64,000 nucleotides of DNA, from NCBI GenBank assembly GCA_951406725.2, contig OX597820.1:71176001-71240000 (forward strand), written 5' to 3'. Below the pieces are notes generated by a model that ran no database searches, was not told where the DNA came from, and saw only the letters and a list, made by a program, of their open reading frames with translations. Of the stretch, positions 1-11,853 are shown piece by piece. The stretch's first letter is position 1. Each line of letters starts with the position of its first letter. The DNA comes from Octopus vulgaris. Its lineage: Eukaryota. A program made the position numbers and the translations under genes.

Positions 1-2
1 CA

Positions 3-57
<55 letters not shown>

Positions 58-70
58 CATATAAATATAT

Positions 71-203
71 ACGACAGGCTTCTTTCAGTTTCTGTCTACC
101 AAATCCACTCACAAGGCTTTGGTCGGCCCAGGGCTAAAGCAGAAGACACTTGCCTTGCAGTGGGACTGAACCCGGAACCATGTGGCTGGTTAGCAAGCTA
201 CTA
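71..203 (-). mobile_element. tRNA-derived CORE-type SINE, 5' part (family A)
   Basis: Reverse complement matches the head/core of the full copies at 8655, 58820 and 62521 (ccacatggttccgggttcagtcccactg...gccttgtgagtggatttggtagac). Confidence 0.85.
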
Positions 204-948
<745 letters not shown>

Positions 949-1517
949 GACAGACTTTTTCAGTTTCCATCTACACGATCAACTGATAAGGTTGTAGTCA
1001 GCTGAGGGCTATAGTAGAACATGCCTATCCAAGGGGTGTCACACAGTGGGATTGAATCCAAAACGTGGTTGGGAGGCAAACTTCTTACTACGCAGCCATG
1101 CTTGCATCTATGTGCAGTAAAACAATAGTCATGAGAAATTACTCCAAGTCTGTTAGTAGCAACACATATAATTGTTCAGTTAGGCATGCAGTCTACGAGA
1201 AATATCAATTTCAGAATGTTGAAGGAAGAATTTTATATTCTTAGACAGAATATATTGCTCTGTATAGTTCTAAGCACAGACACAGTAGTATGATTAAGAA
1301 GTCTGCTTTGAATTCATGTGGTTCCAGGTTCAATGTCATTCTATGGCACCTTGTGCAAGTATTTTCTGCCTCAGCATTGGCTTGACCAATGCTTTGTAAG
1401 AAGAATTTGGTTGACAAGTTTTTTGTTGAGCTATCTTATCTTGTCTGTCTATCTATTTATCTATCTATCTGTCTGTCTGTTTTTACATTCATACAGACAT
1501 ATATACAGACATATATA

Positions 1518-2059
1518 GGCACAGGAGTGGCTGTGTGGTAAGTAGATTGCTTACCATACAGTCACTTTTTTTGAGCCCCAGATTGCAGTTGCAGGAATGC
1601 CTGCAAGTTGCAAGAAAATTGCTCAAGAGGTTTATCACCTCCAATTTGTGTATAAATTATGTTTTGTATTTGTGTGGACATTTGATTCCAAATATAATGT
1701 ATTTTAAATTGTAAGAGGGTCAATACCTCTGTATATGTGTTTTTAAAGAACAATGTTTTAGAGAAGCAGAGGGTTAGCGGGCACTTTCTGTCTTATCCCT
1801 TCCTTATCATCTTGTATTATTATCATTCACATCATCAATGTCTTGTCTAGCCCGCAAAGCCACCCATCATTGTACTGCCTCTATGGCAAATGAAATTAAT
1901 AAAAGTAGCTTGCTTACCAACCACATGGTTCCGGGTTCAGTCCCACTGCATAGTACCTTGGGCAAGTGTCTTCTACTATAGCCTTGGGGCAACCAAAGCC
2001 TTGTGAGTGAATATGGCAGACGGAAACTGAAAGAAGCCTGTCATATATATGTATATATA

Positions 2060-2090
<31 letters not shown>

Positions 2091-2300
2091 TTGTGTGTGT
2101 GTGTTTGTCCCCCCCCCCCAACAATGCTTAACAACCAATGCTGGTGTGTTTACGTCCCCGTAACATAGTGGTTCAGCAAAAGAGACCAATAGAATAAGTA
2201 CGAGGCTTACAAAGAATAAGTCCTGGGGTTGATTTGCTCAACTAAAGGTGGTGCTCCAGCATGACCGTGGTCAATGACTGAAACCAGTAAAAGTGTAAAG
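1518..2300 (+). mobile_element. CORE-type SINE (family A) split by a 346-bp insertion
   Basis: Head ggcacaggagtggctgtgtggtaag at 1518; resumes at 1903 with B box gggttcagtcc, core ccttgggcaagtgtctt, internal TA/TG repeat and gtaaaag tail. Confidence 0.88.
1557..1902 (+). mobile_element. 5'-truncated non-LTR retroelement 3' UTR (Tx1/L1-like) with 17-bp TSD
   Basis: aagtag(a/c)ttgcttacca duplicated at 1540-1556 and 1903-1919; ends cattgtactgcctctatgg...aataaa, similar to the 3' end at 39440-39472. Confidence 0.65.
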
Positions 2301-2508
2301 AGTATATCTGTTTGATGCAGATCAAACTCATTAGGCACCAGCAAATCTGCAACAGACATGGACACCCTCTGTATATTTTCACTTGTGAGGCCAAACCAAA
2401 AAGTATGAATATATGTATTTGGGCAAGTGTATTCAACAATAGCCTCAAGCTGACCAAAGCCTTGTGAGTGGATTTGGTAGATAGAAGCTGAAAGAAACCT
2501 ATCATATA

Positions 2509-2548
<40 letters not shown>

Positions 2549-2551
<3 letters not shown>

Positions 2552-2761
2552 ATAAGATCGTTAATTTAAAATAAAATAACGATTTTATCAAGTGGCCAGC
2601 ATAGAAAAAATAATCTTCAAAGGTAATAATTATCAAAATTATAAATTAGGGTATCTACGAGATACCACCATGCGATATGGAAAATTGAGGTTGTTTTAGA
2701 GTCAGATCATGGCTGCTATTTTCAGCATTGTGGTATCTCGTAGATACCCTAATTTATAATT
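2549..2761 (-). mobile_element. Penelope-like fold-back remnant in (TA)n
   Basis: Perfect 32-bp inverted repeat 2637-2668 / 2730-2761 plus an unpaired tail, bounded by TA arrays. Confidence 0.6.
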
Positions 2762-2778
2762 ATATATATATATATATA

Positions 2779-3222
2779 AGCAATAATAAATCTCTGAACG
2801 AGATGTAAACAGTAACTGCACGACAATGTAAGGTATACTAGCCATCTCAATATGGCTAACCACTAAGGGTGGGTGTTACTGTAGCTTGTAGCTTCAGGTG
2901 ATCATCGTCTCCAGCTGGTTTTAAGCACACTTTCTGTGCCCTTATGGTATTTGCAAAGGGAGGTCATCCCTCCCTCGTCAACCTAAGTGATACGCACGGA
3001 CTGCAGTTTCTAGGTATTTGCCTGTCTTCGGCGTACGGCAATCACCGGTTGTCCGTGCGTATCACTTAGGTTGACGAGGGAGGGATGACCTCCCTTTGCA
3101 AATACCATAAGAGCACAGAAAGTGTGCCTAAAGCCAGCTGGAGAAGATGATCTCCTGGGGCTACAAGCTACAGTAACACCCACCCTTAGTGGTTAGCCAT
3201 ATTGAGATGGCTAGTATACCTT
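2779..3222 (-). mobile_element. Penelope-like fold-back element with hammerhead motif
   Basis: About 172-bp inverted arms 2830-3001 / 3051-3222, 50-nt tail, TA arrays on both sides, hammerhead core in the loop. Confidence 0.78.
2993..3037 (-). ncRNA. Type I hammerhead ribozyme candidate (U4C core variant)
   Basis: Minus strand: cguacg-CCGAAGA-cagg caaaua ccua-GAAA-cugcag-UC^-cgugcg; 6-bp stem I, palindromic stem III, GUC site. Confidence 0.7.
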
Positions 3223-3231
3223 TTATATATA

Positions 3232-3275
<44 letters not shown>

Positions 3276-3284
3276 TATATACAT

Positions 3285-3605
3285 ATATCATCATCATCAT
3301 TATCATCGTTTAACATCCATCTGCCATGCATGCATAGGTAGTACAGTTGACAGGAGCCAGCCAGGTAGAAAAACTACTCTAGGCTGGTGTTTCTGTTTTG
3401 GCAGGGATTTTACGGCTGGATGCCCTTCCTAACACAGAGTGGACTCAGTGCATTTTATGTGACACTAGCACAGGCGAAGTTAGTTTCAGCATGAATCTTA
3501 CTGCTGAATGCACTTCCAAACACCAACCACATTACACTATGGACTAGACACTTTTAAAGTGCCACCAGCATTGGCAGGGTAACCAAGTAACTTGCAAGAC
3601 AAGAA
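3285..3605 (-). mobile_element. Short RTE 3'-end copy with (GAT)n tail
   Basis: Matches the RTE 3' UTR motif ggttggcgttaggaagggcatcc...gcatgg...gttaaacgatgatgat. Confidence 0.7.
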
Positions 3606-4006
3606 ATTATGTACATATATATATATATACATATTGTGTGTGTCTCCTTGTGACCGAGTGTGTCCTCCCACAATCACTTGACAACTGATGGTGGTTGTTT
3701 ACATCCCCGCAACTTAGAAGTTCAGCAAAAGAGACCAATAGAATAAGTACTAGGGTCACAAAGAATAAGTTCTGGGGTCAATTTCTTCAACTAAAACCTT
3801 TTAAAACAGTGCACCAGTAAAAGAATATATATCATCATCATCATCATCATCATTTAACGTCCGCTTTCCATGCTAGCATGGGTTGGACGGTTCAACTGGG
3901 GTCTGGGAGCTCGAAGGCTGCACCAGGCCAGTCAGATCTGGCAGTGTTTCTACAGCCGGATGCCCTTCCTAACGCCAACCACTCCAAGAGTGTAGTGGGT
4001 GATTTT

Positions 4007-4530
4007 ATGTGCCACCGACACAGGTGCCAGACGAGGCTGGCGAACGGCCACGCTCGGATGGTGTTTTTATGTGCCACCGACACAGGTGCCAGACGAAGCT
4101 GGCTAACGGCCACGCTCGGATGGTGCTTTTATGTGCCACCGACACAGGTGCCAGACAAGGCTAGCAGACGACCACGCTCGGATGGTGTTTTTATGTGCCA
4201 CCGACACAGGTGCCAGACGAGGCTGGCGAACGGCCACGCTCGGATGGTGTTTTTATGTGCCACCAACACAGGTGCCAGACAAGGCTAGCAGACGACCACG
4301 CTCGGATGGTGTTTTTTTATGTGCCACCAACACAGGTGCCAGACGAGGCTGGCGAACGGCCACGCTCGGATGGTGCTTTTATGTGCCACCGACACAGGTG
4401 CCAGATTTGGCTGGCAATCGGCCACGATTGGATGGTGATTGTTACGTGCCCACAGCATGGAGGCCAGTCGGTGCGGTACTGGCTACGGCCACGTTCGGAT
4501 GGTTTTCTTGTGTGCCACCGGCACTGGTAC
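4007..4530. repeat. 62-bp GC-rich tandem repeat in RTE 3' UTR (about 8 units)
   Basis: atgtgccacc starts at 4007, 4069, 4131, 4193, 4255, 4319 and 4381, then decayed units. Confidence 0.95.
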
Positions 4531-4680
4531 CACAAAGATACAAATTCGATTGATGTTCATCTATTTTGATTTTGTTTGATTTTCACTTGCCTCAACAGGT
4601 CTTCACAAGTGTCACAAGAAGGAAGGTATGCACAGGTGGACTGACTACGTCCCAGGTAGGGGCCACGGGTTATGGCCTGA

Positions 4681-5703
4681 CTAGTCTTGCCGGGTCTTCT
4701 CACGCACAGCATACTTCCATAGGTCTCGGTCTCTAGTCATTTCCTTGGTGAGACCTAAAGTTCGTAGGTCGTGCTTCACCACTTCGTCCCAGGTTTTCCT
4801 GGGTCTACCTCTTCCACAGGTTCCCTCAACTGCTAGGGTGTAGCACTTTTGCACACAACTATCTTCAGCCATTCTCGTCATATGACCATACCAGCGCAGC
4901 CGTCTCTCTTGCACACCACAACTGACGCTTCTTAGGTTCAACTTTTCTCTCAAGGTACTTACACTCTGACGATTATGAACACTGACATTACACATCCATC
5001 GGAGCATACTGGCTTCATTTCTTGCGAGCTTACGCATATCCTCAGCAGTCACGGCCCATGTTTCACTACCATGTAGCATGGCTGTACGTACACATGCATC
5101 ATAAAGTCTGCCTTTTACTCTGAGCGAGAGGCCTTTTGTCACCAGCAGGGTTAAGAGCTCTCTAAACTTTGCCCAGGCTATTCTTACTCTAGCAGTTACA
5201 CTTTCAGCACACCCACCCCCGCTACTGACTTGGTCTCCTAGGTAGCGGAAGCTATCAACTACTTCTAGTTTGTCTCCCTGGAACGTGGTAGAAGTTGGTC
5301 TCTGCACATTTCCAGTGTTTATTTCTCCTGAGCATCTGCCACATACGAAAACTATCTTCCCAGTTAGCCTACCTTTGACATTGCTGCACCTCTTATGTGT
5401 CCATAGCTTACACTTGGTGCACCTTATAGAGTTTCTACCTACACCTTTTTTACAGATCGAGCAGGGCCATCTACCTGAAGTCGTTTGTGGTTGGTCCACC
5501 TTCCTACTTATTAGGACTTTGGTTTTGGCTAGGTTGATTCTAAGGCCCTTCGATTCTAATCCTTGTTTCCACACCTGAAACTTCTCCTCCAGTTCTGATA
5601 GTGACTCAGCAATTAGAGCAAGGTCATCAGCATAGAGGAGCTCCCAGGGGCATCCTGTCTTAAATTCTTCCGTTATTGCCTGGAGGACTATGATAAATAG
5701 GAG
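4681..5703 (-). CDS. RTE ORF C-terminal part: RT (YADD, FRYLG), PHD-like finger insert, RRLRWYGH and GRGRPRKTW motifs; partial, no start
   Basis: Frame is open upstream of the track start: LLFIIVLQAITEEFKTGCPWELLYADDLALIAES... through the stop at 4681; no stops or frameshifts seen. Confidence 0.92.
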   Translation of the reverse strand, partial: LLFIIVLQAITEEFKTGCPWELLYADDLALIAESLSELEEKFQVWKQGLESKGLRINLAKTKVLISRKVDQPQTTSGRWPCSICKKGVGRNSIRCTKCKLWTHKRCSNVKGRLTGKIVFVCGRCSGEINTGNVQRPTSTTFQGDKLEVVDSFRYLGDQVSSGGGCAESVTARVRIAWAKFRELLTLLVTKGLSLRVKGRLYDACVRTAMLHGSETWAVTAEDMRKLARNEASMLRWMCNVSVHNRQSVSTLREKLNLRSVSCGVQERRLRWYGHMTRMAEDSCVQKCYTLAVEGTCGRGRPRKTWDEVVKHDLRTLGLTKEMTRDRDLWKYAVREKTRQD

Positions 5704-5707
5704 ATAA

Positions 5708-5740
<33 letters not shown>

Positions 5741-6579
5741 TATAGGTATGTAGGTAGGTTACGTAGGTAGGTATTTATTTATATATGTGCATACTGCTCC
5801 AATTGTTGAGCTGGTTGGTGATGCAAGTCACATGTTCAGTTTGCAGAAACAGGACTTGTCCCAGATTTAATGGATATTTTCACATGTTGGTTCATTGCAA
5901 TTCTTTTCACCTGTATAACTATTTCTTGTTTTGTCCTTTATACCAGAAATTCTAAAGTTCAGAAGAAAAAAAATGAACTACACTTATTCAGTGAAAAAAT
6001 TACTAATTTTGTTTGTATCTTATACCACTTTAGAATTAGTGCTCTTTATCGTATACTTCTTAATTATTGTGTTGTTGCTCATAAAGTAGTCTAATTCTGA
6101 ATACAGTAATTGGTTCTGGCATCTGTTAATCATTAGTTCATAAATAGGTGAAATAACATTGTTATGTGCTGCTATTTTTATTTTAAATTTCCTTTTAACC
6201 GGTTGTTTCATTATAGTAGAAGAATAAACTCAAATTACTGAACAAAACAAAGCAAGAGCAAATTTACTTTCAAAAACTTGCCCAGAGGAAAATGAAATAA
6301 TAAAGACGAAAGAAATAGTTGGATATCCTTGTTTTAAAACATGCTGAAGGCTTTTTTTTGTTGATCATTGGAAAGGTTCTTTTTTTATGCTATGACTGCT
6401 GTTTGGATACTTAACTGTAACAGTATAGTGTTTATAAATTTAAACTTCTTAGTAATAGTTATTTTGAGATCTATTTCCAGTATATTTTCTTAAACTTGGT
6501 GTAATTCAGATTATTTGGACCTTTCTTTAAACTCACGGTTTCATTTCATGTAATCATCATCATCATCATCATTATCATC

Positions 6580-6606
<27 letters not shown>

Positions 6607-6610
<4 letters not shown>

Positions 6611-6967
6611 CCTCTGCCTTAGTGGAAGTGGAGGTATTGTTTTCAGTCGTGTTTGTCTGTTTATTTGTCCATGGAAGAGATATTTAAAGAACTGCTGGAT
6701 GGATTCAGATGAAACTTTCAGGGATGTTTGGCTTCATGACCGGCATAAACTGATTAGATTTTGGGATCAATCCAGTACTGAACAAGAATTCGGGATTATT
6801 TTTCCTGTTTTTTTATTTAATTTTTTTTTAGAGTAGTATGGTTCATTTTTAGTATTCTCATTTGTGAGAGCAGTCGAGTTTATTTCAAATATTCTCATTT
6901 TTAAAAATCATCTCTGATAAATAGTGGAAAGGACGTTGGTGTTGCCTTGGTGGAAGTTTGTGCTCTC
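6607..6967 (+). mobile_element. Helentron-associated non-autonomous element (HINE/DINE-1-like)
   Basis: Starts attacctctgcc..ggaggt hairpin, gtttgtctg repeat, ends ccttggtggaagtttgtgctctc; second copy at 16525. Confidence 0.72.
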
Positions 6968-7037
6968 ATCGTCATCATCATCGTCGTTGTCATCGTCATC
7001 ATCATCATCATCTTTATTATTATTATTATTATTATTA

Positions 7038-7260
7038 AGGCAGTGAGCAGGCTGAATTGTTAGTATGTTAGACAAAACGTTTAGAAGCATTTCTTCTGGC
7101 TCTTTACAATCTGAGTTTAAATTCCAGCTCGGTCAACTTCGCATTTTATCCTTTTTGGACCAATGAAATAAGTACCAGTTGAGCACAGGGGTCAATGTAA
7201 TCAACTAGCTCCCCTGTCCCCCAAAATTTCAAGCCTTGTGTCTATAGCAGAAAAAATTAT
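7038..7260 (+). mobile_element. Nin/Deu-domain-type SINE (family B)
   Basis: ggcagtgagcaggctgaatt head; ...ttatcctttttggaccaatgaaataagtaccagtt domain, homologous to the 13319 copy. Confidence 0.72.
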
Positions 7261-7267
7261 TATCAGT

Positions 7268-7617
7268 CCTAGCATTAATAATATTAATGTTATTCAGTAG
7301 TCGTATTTTTATTGCATTCTTTCACTGCACTACCAAAGCTAGCTCAGTGTGCCTTAGGTATGTACTGTGGTTTGTTTTGGTTTTTGTTATTTTTAATGCT
7401 TTGAAAGTGCTCTACATAGGATGTATGTGGTGCCTAGCAATTTTATTTTCTGTATGTTATATATATTTCAAGTACTGGTGTTTTTGTTATGTATTTGTCT
7501 GTTTTTTTACCATACCTAAAATACACATTATTATAAGAATTGTGTCTGTCTTCAGGTTTTACATCCCAGTTATCTCTATTTTATCCCTTTCTTTTAGAGA
7601 TACATTGTTATTGTGTT

Positions 7618-7618
<1 letters not shown>
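7268..7618 (-). mobile_element. R4/Dong-clade LINE 3' fragment between (TAA)n arrays
   Basis: Minus-strand remnant reads ...NLKTDTILIIMCILGMVKK / DKYITKTP / YNIQK / LLGTTYILCRALS, the C-terminal pattern of RLE-type elements. Confidence 0.65.
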
Positions 7619-7660
<42 letters not shown>

Positions 7661-7854
7661 TTAAAAATTTTTTTTAATTTTTAAAATTTTTTAAAAATGA
7701 AAAAGAAAATTTTTTTTAATTAAAAAAATCTTTTTTTAAATATATATTTTACCTGTGATTTGCATGTGTAATCTGGGAATGCGTACAATGAGCTTCTCTG
7801 CCCAAGCTGTATGGAAAACATTCAGCGAGAAATGGAAGAAATTTGAAGAAGGAA

Positions 7855-7906
<52 letters not shown>

Positions 7907-8654
7907 CACAATAAGTATTGCACATGATGTGTTAGATAGAGGCATGCTGCTATTAAACAACAGTCAAAATATCTGTAATTTCTTTCCTTTTTCTAGGGAA
8001 TAGCTACAACAAGAATAAAATGAGTTAGGTATTCAGAAAAGCTATAATGAATGACTTGTTTGCATTGTTACCTACCTGTTTATAGCTTCCCCTTTTGCTA
8101 TCATCGTTCGTAATATTTCTTTTTAACATATCCAATCAGTGACTTGATTTCCCTCAAGAATGTTACATGATTGACATTTTGGTTGTTGAATTCTCTGAGA
8201 AACCCTTACAGTAAAATTGGGATTATTAGCATCAGATTAAAAGAATTCTTTGGATGAGCAATATAAACCAAAAGCATAACTTGAATAGAAACAAGCGAAG
8301 GATAAAACAAGAAATTTTGAGTATATGATAGTGGCAGTAAGAGAAACATCTAATGAGAATTTGTGCAGAAGAACAATAAAATAATATTAGACTGTTGTCA
8401 GTGAAGTAATAAGATATCTGTTCCTAATTACTGAGAAACAAATAGTAACTACACAATTTATGACATGCATTCACTTACAATTCCCAATGATTCTATCATA
8501 TAAAGAATTTCTTCTCAGCAATTTCTTTATTCTTTTACAGGCTTCAGTCAATAGACTGAAGCTATGCTGATGCACTATATTCAAGGGTATCTTGGTGGTC
8601 ATGTTAAACCCAATGCTCATTTCAGAATGATACTTTGGTATTTATTTTATCAAT

Positions 8655-8825
8655 GGCATAGGAGTGGGTGTGTGGTAAGTAGCTTGCTTACCAATGACAT
8701 GGTTCCGGGTTCAGTCCCACTGTGTGGCACCTTGGGCAAGTGTCTTCTACTATAGCCTCCAGCCAACCAAAGCCTTGTGAGTGGATTTGGTAGAGGGAAA
8801 CTGAAAGAAACCCGTCGTATATATG

Positions 8826-8856
<31 letters not shown>

Positions 8857-9088
8857 ACGTGTGTATAAGATTGTGTGTCTGTATTTGTCCCCCTCAACAT
8901 CACTTGACAACTGATGCTGGAGTGTTTACGTCCCCGTAACTTAGCGGTTCGGCAAAAGAGACTGATAGAATAAGTACTAGGCTTACAAAGAATAAGTCCC
9001 AGGGTCGATTTGCTCGACTAAAGGTGGTGCTCCAGCATGGCCACAGTCAAATGACTGAAACAAGTAAAAGAGTAAAAGAGTAAAGAGT
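8655..9088 (+). mobile_element. Full-length CORE-type SINE (family A)
   Basis: A box-like tgggtgtgtgg, B box gggttcagtcc, core ccttgggcaagtgtctt, internal TA/TG microsatellite, (gtaaaaga)n tail. Confidence 0.92.
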
Positions 9089-9119
9089 AATGGCTATTTA
9101 TTATTTCCTGTTATTTAAT

Positions 9120-9312
9120 AATCCTTTCTACTATAAGCACAAGGCCTGAAATTTAAGGGAGTTGGGTCTAATCGACTGGTACTTAATTTGTCGACCTTAA
9201 AATGATGAAAGGTGAAGTTGACATCAACAGAATCTGAACTCAGAATGTAAAGACAGACAAAATGTTGTTAAGCATTTGATTCAGTATGCTAACAATTCTG
9301 CCTGCTTACCAC
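9120..9312 (-). mobile_element. Nin/Deu-type SINE (family B)
   Basis: Reverse complement of the 13319-13532 family (ctggtacttaattt, gatgaaagg..aagttgac). Confidence 0.7.
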
Positions 9313-9344
9313 GTTCCTGTTATTTAATAACAAAATTCTCAGAG

Positions 9345-10205
9345 ATTCTTTGTCTTGCAAGTTACTTGGTGACCCTGTCAGTGCAGGTGCCCCTTACAAA
9401 GCATCCACTCCACATTGTAAAGTGGTTGGCATTTGGAAGGGCATCCTGCTGTAAAAATACCATGCCAAAACTGACCATACTGTGCTGGTGCCACATAAAA
9501 GGAACTCAGTCCATCTTGCAGGGTTGTTGGTGTTAGGAAGGGTATCCAGCCATAAAAATCATGCCAAAACACACACAGAAGTCTGGTGCAGTTTTCTGCC
9601 TGGTCAGCTTCTGTCAAACTGTCCAACCTGAGCCAGCATGGAAGGTAGATGTTAGACGATGGTGATGATGATGAAATGAAACACAATGTCTTGGGAGGTC
9701 ATCTGGACACCTCATCTCCTCTAACTCTTCACAGGTCTTACTGATCATGTTTTCTCCCTCCCCTACGAAATATGGGTAACCATGTTGCTCTTATTTCAAA
9801 AATCTGCTATGCTCCCAAACCTTCTCTTATACTTTCTCTTAAAGCTGACACCTCTCCCTCAGGGTTCATAGCCTTGAGAACTACATAGCGACCTCAGTAG
9901 TGCAGGTGGCACAGAAAACGTAGCCAGTATTTGCTGTAAAGTGGTTGGCATTAGGAAGTTTTTAGAAACCATGCCAAAGCAGATACTGGAGCATGATGAA
10001 GTCCTTGGACCCATTGAATCATGTCAAACTGTCCAGCCTATGCCAGCATGAAACATGGGCATTAAATGATGACGATGATGATGATGATGATAACGACAAT
10101 GACAATGATGACGACGACAATGATAATGATGATGATGATGACAATGATGATGATGATGATGATGATGACGACGATGATGACAACGACGACGACGATGATG
10201 AGGAG
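9345..10205 (+). mobile_element. Two RTE 3'-end copies (9345-9675, 9885-10205); the second has an expanded GAT/GAC tail
   Basis: ggttggcattaggaag, gtcaaactgtccaacc, gccagcatgg and (GAT)n motifs. Confidence 0.72.
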
Positions 10206-10531
10206 GATTATGAAACACTTTATATTCATAACGTTTTCATGTTAGCACAAATATTCCATAGACAGGTAAGCTTTTAGTGTAATTCTCAGGTATAATCAGC
10301 ATGACAGTTGAAATGTTAAGTTAAATTCATAGTCCATCCCCATGGATTTCTATACGGTTTCTATCTATCCAGATTCTCTCATACAGCTTGGATCAATGTG
10401 AGGCTATGGTGACTGCACTTACCCAAAATTCTACAGGGCAATGAAACTCAAAAATTGAGAAGTGAAGCACTTACCTATGTTTAACAGACATTGGATTAGA
10501 TCTATCTAGGCTTCTTTGTGTCACATATACA

Positions 10532-11788
10532 CAGGGATGGGACAAAATAATGGAAACACCTAGCATCATAGCATCATAATTTTGAAATATCTATAAAACC
10601 GTCAAAAGCTTGTTTATTTTTAAGTCTTTTTATTTATCATTATTGTTGTTTATGTTTTGCTAAAATTGCTGTTTCTTTTCAGATATCATCAATAAAAGGT
10701 AATTAAAATTCATTAAAATGACAAATCTATCAGACTTTCAAAGAGATCAAATTGTTGGTTCTCGTATGACAGGTGCTAGCATAATGAAAGCAGCCAGAAT
10801 GTTTGGTGTATCAAGAAGTACTGTGTTGAAAGTAATGACAGCCTTTGAGAAAGAGGGAAAAACTTCCTAATCAAAGCAAAACTCCAGAAGAAAACCAAAA
10901 CTTTCAGATAGAGACCGTTGGATTCTTACATGAATTGCTAGAAAGGATCACATAAGTACAGTTCCCAAAATTACTGCAGAGCTTAATGACCACCTCAAGA
11001 ACTCAGTTTCCACAAAAACTGTTTGATGGGAGCTACATGAAGCTGGACTTCACAGGAAGGCTGGAATCAGAAAACCACTATTTCCAAAAACAAACACTGC
11101 AAAGTATTTGGAGTGGAGTAAAAACCTACAGAATTGGTCTCTGGAGCAGTGGAAGAATGTTATTTTCTTGGATGAGTCATCCTTTACCTTATTTCCGACA
11201 ACTGGCTGCCTTTACGTATGGAGACAGCCAAAAGAAGCATTTGACCCAGACTGCCTTCTTCCAAATGTTAAACATGGAAGAGGATCTGTGATGATCTGGG
11301 TGGCTATATCTTGGAAATCTGCCAGCCCAATGGTTTCTCTTCATGGTAGAAATAATAGTCAAAACTACTTAAGCATTTTATTTCATCCTATGGTTGCAGA
11401 ACAGTTTCTGGGGGGAAATGCAATCCTTCAGGATGATAATGCACTAATTCACACAGCTAAAGTTGTTACTGAATTGCATGAGGAATATTCTAGTGAAGTT
11501 GAACATCTTATCTGGCTACCACTGTCCCCAGATCTCAATATTAGTGAATGTTTATGGTGCATTTAAAAAAAAAACAAGTAAGGAGTCATGTCCTCCACCA
11601 TCATCACTACAAGAACTGGAGACTGTTTTAGCTGAAGAATGGACAAAAATTCCCTTGGAAATAATTCAAACTTTGTATGAGTCCATACCTCATAGAATTC
11701 AAGGTGTAATTACTGCCAAAGGTGGTCCTACCCAATATTAAAATAAATTTGTTTGAAATTTTAATGTTTCCACTATTTTGTCCAACCC

Positions 11789-11791
<3 letters not shown>
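10532..11791 (+). mobile_element. Tc1-like DNA transposon with DD36E spacing (Incomer-like), decayed
   Basis: About 28-bp TIRs cagggatgggacaaaataatggaaacac / tgtttccactattttgtccaacccctg; 1260 bp. Confidence 0.92.
10718..11741 (+). pseudogene. Tc1-type transposase pseudogene
   Basis: MTNLSDFQRDQIVGSRMTGAS paired-like HTH, VIFLDES, QDDNALIH, SPDLNISE, AKGGPTQY*; several stops and a frameshift. Confidence 0.92.

Positions 11792-11853
<62 letters not shown>

Larger units (their letters stand above)
3830..5703 (-). mobile_element. RTE-clade LINE, 5'-truncated, young-looking
   Basis: Open RT 3' ORF, long 3' UTR with 62-bp repeats, (GAT)n tail at 3830-3853. Confidence 0.93.

Noticed and set aside
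3878-4569. Overlapping repetitive ORFs and a CRISPR-like appearance
   Set aside because: 62-bp tandem units with no unique spacers, inside a LINE 3' UTR; no cas genes; eukaryotic context.
7660-7742. A/T homopolymer patchwork after (TAA)n
   Set aside because: Looks like low-quality base calling downstream of a repeat; no structure.
9993-10277. Poly-Asp/poly-His ORFs, also at 55457-55820 and 61494-61919
   Set aside because: Expanded (GAT)n tails of RTE-type insertions.
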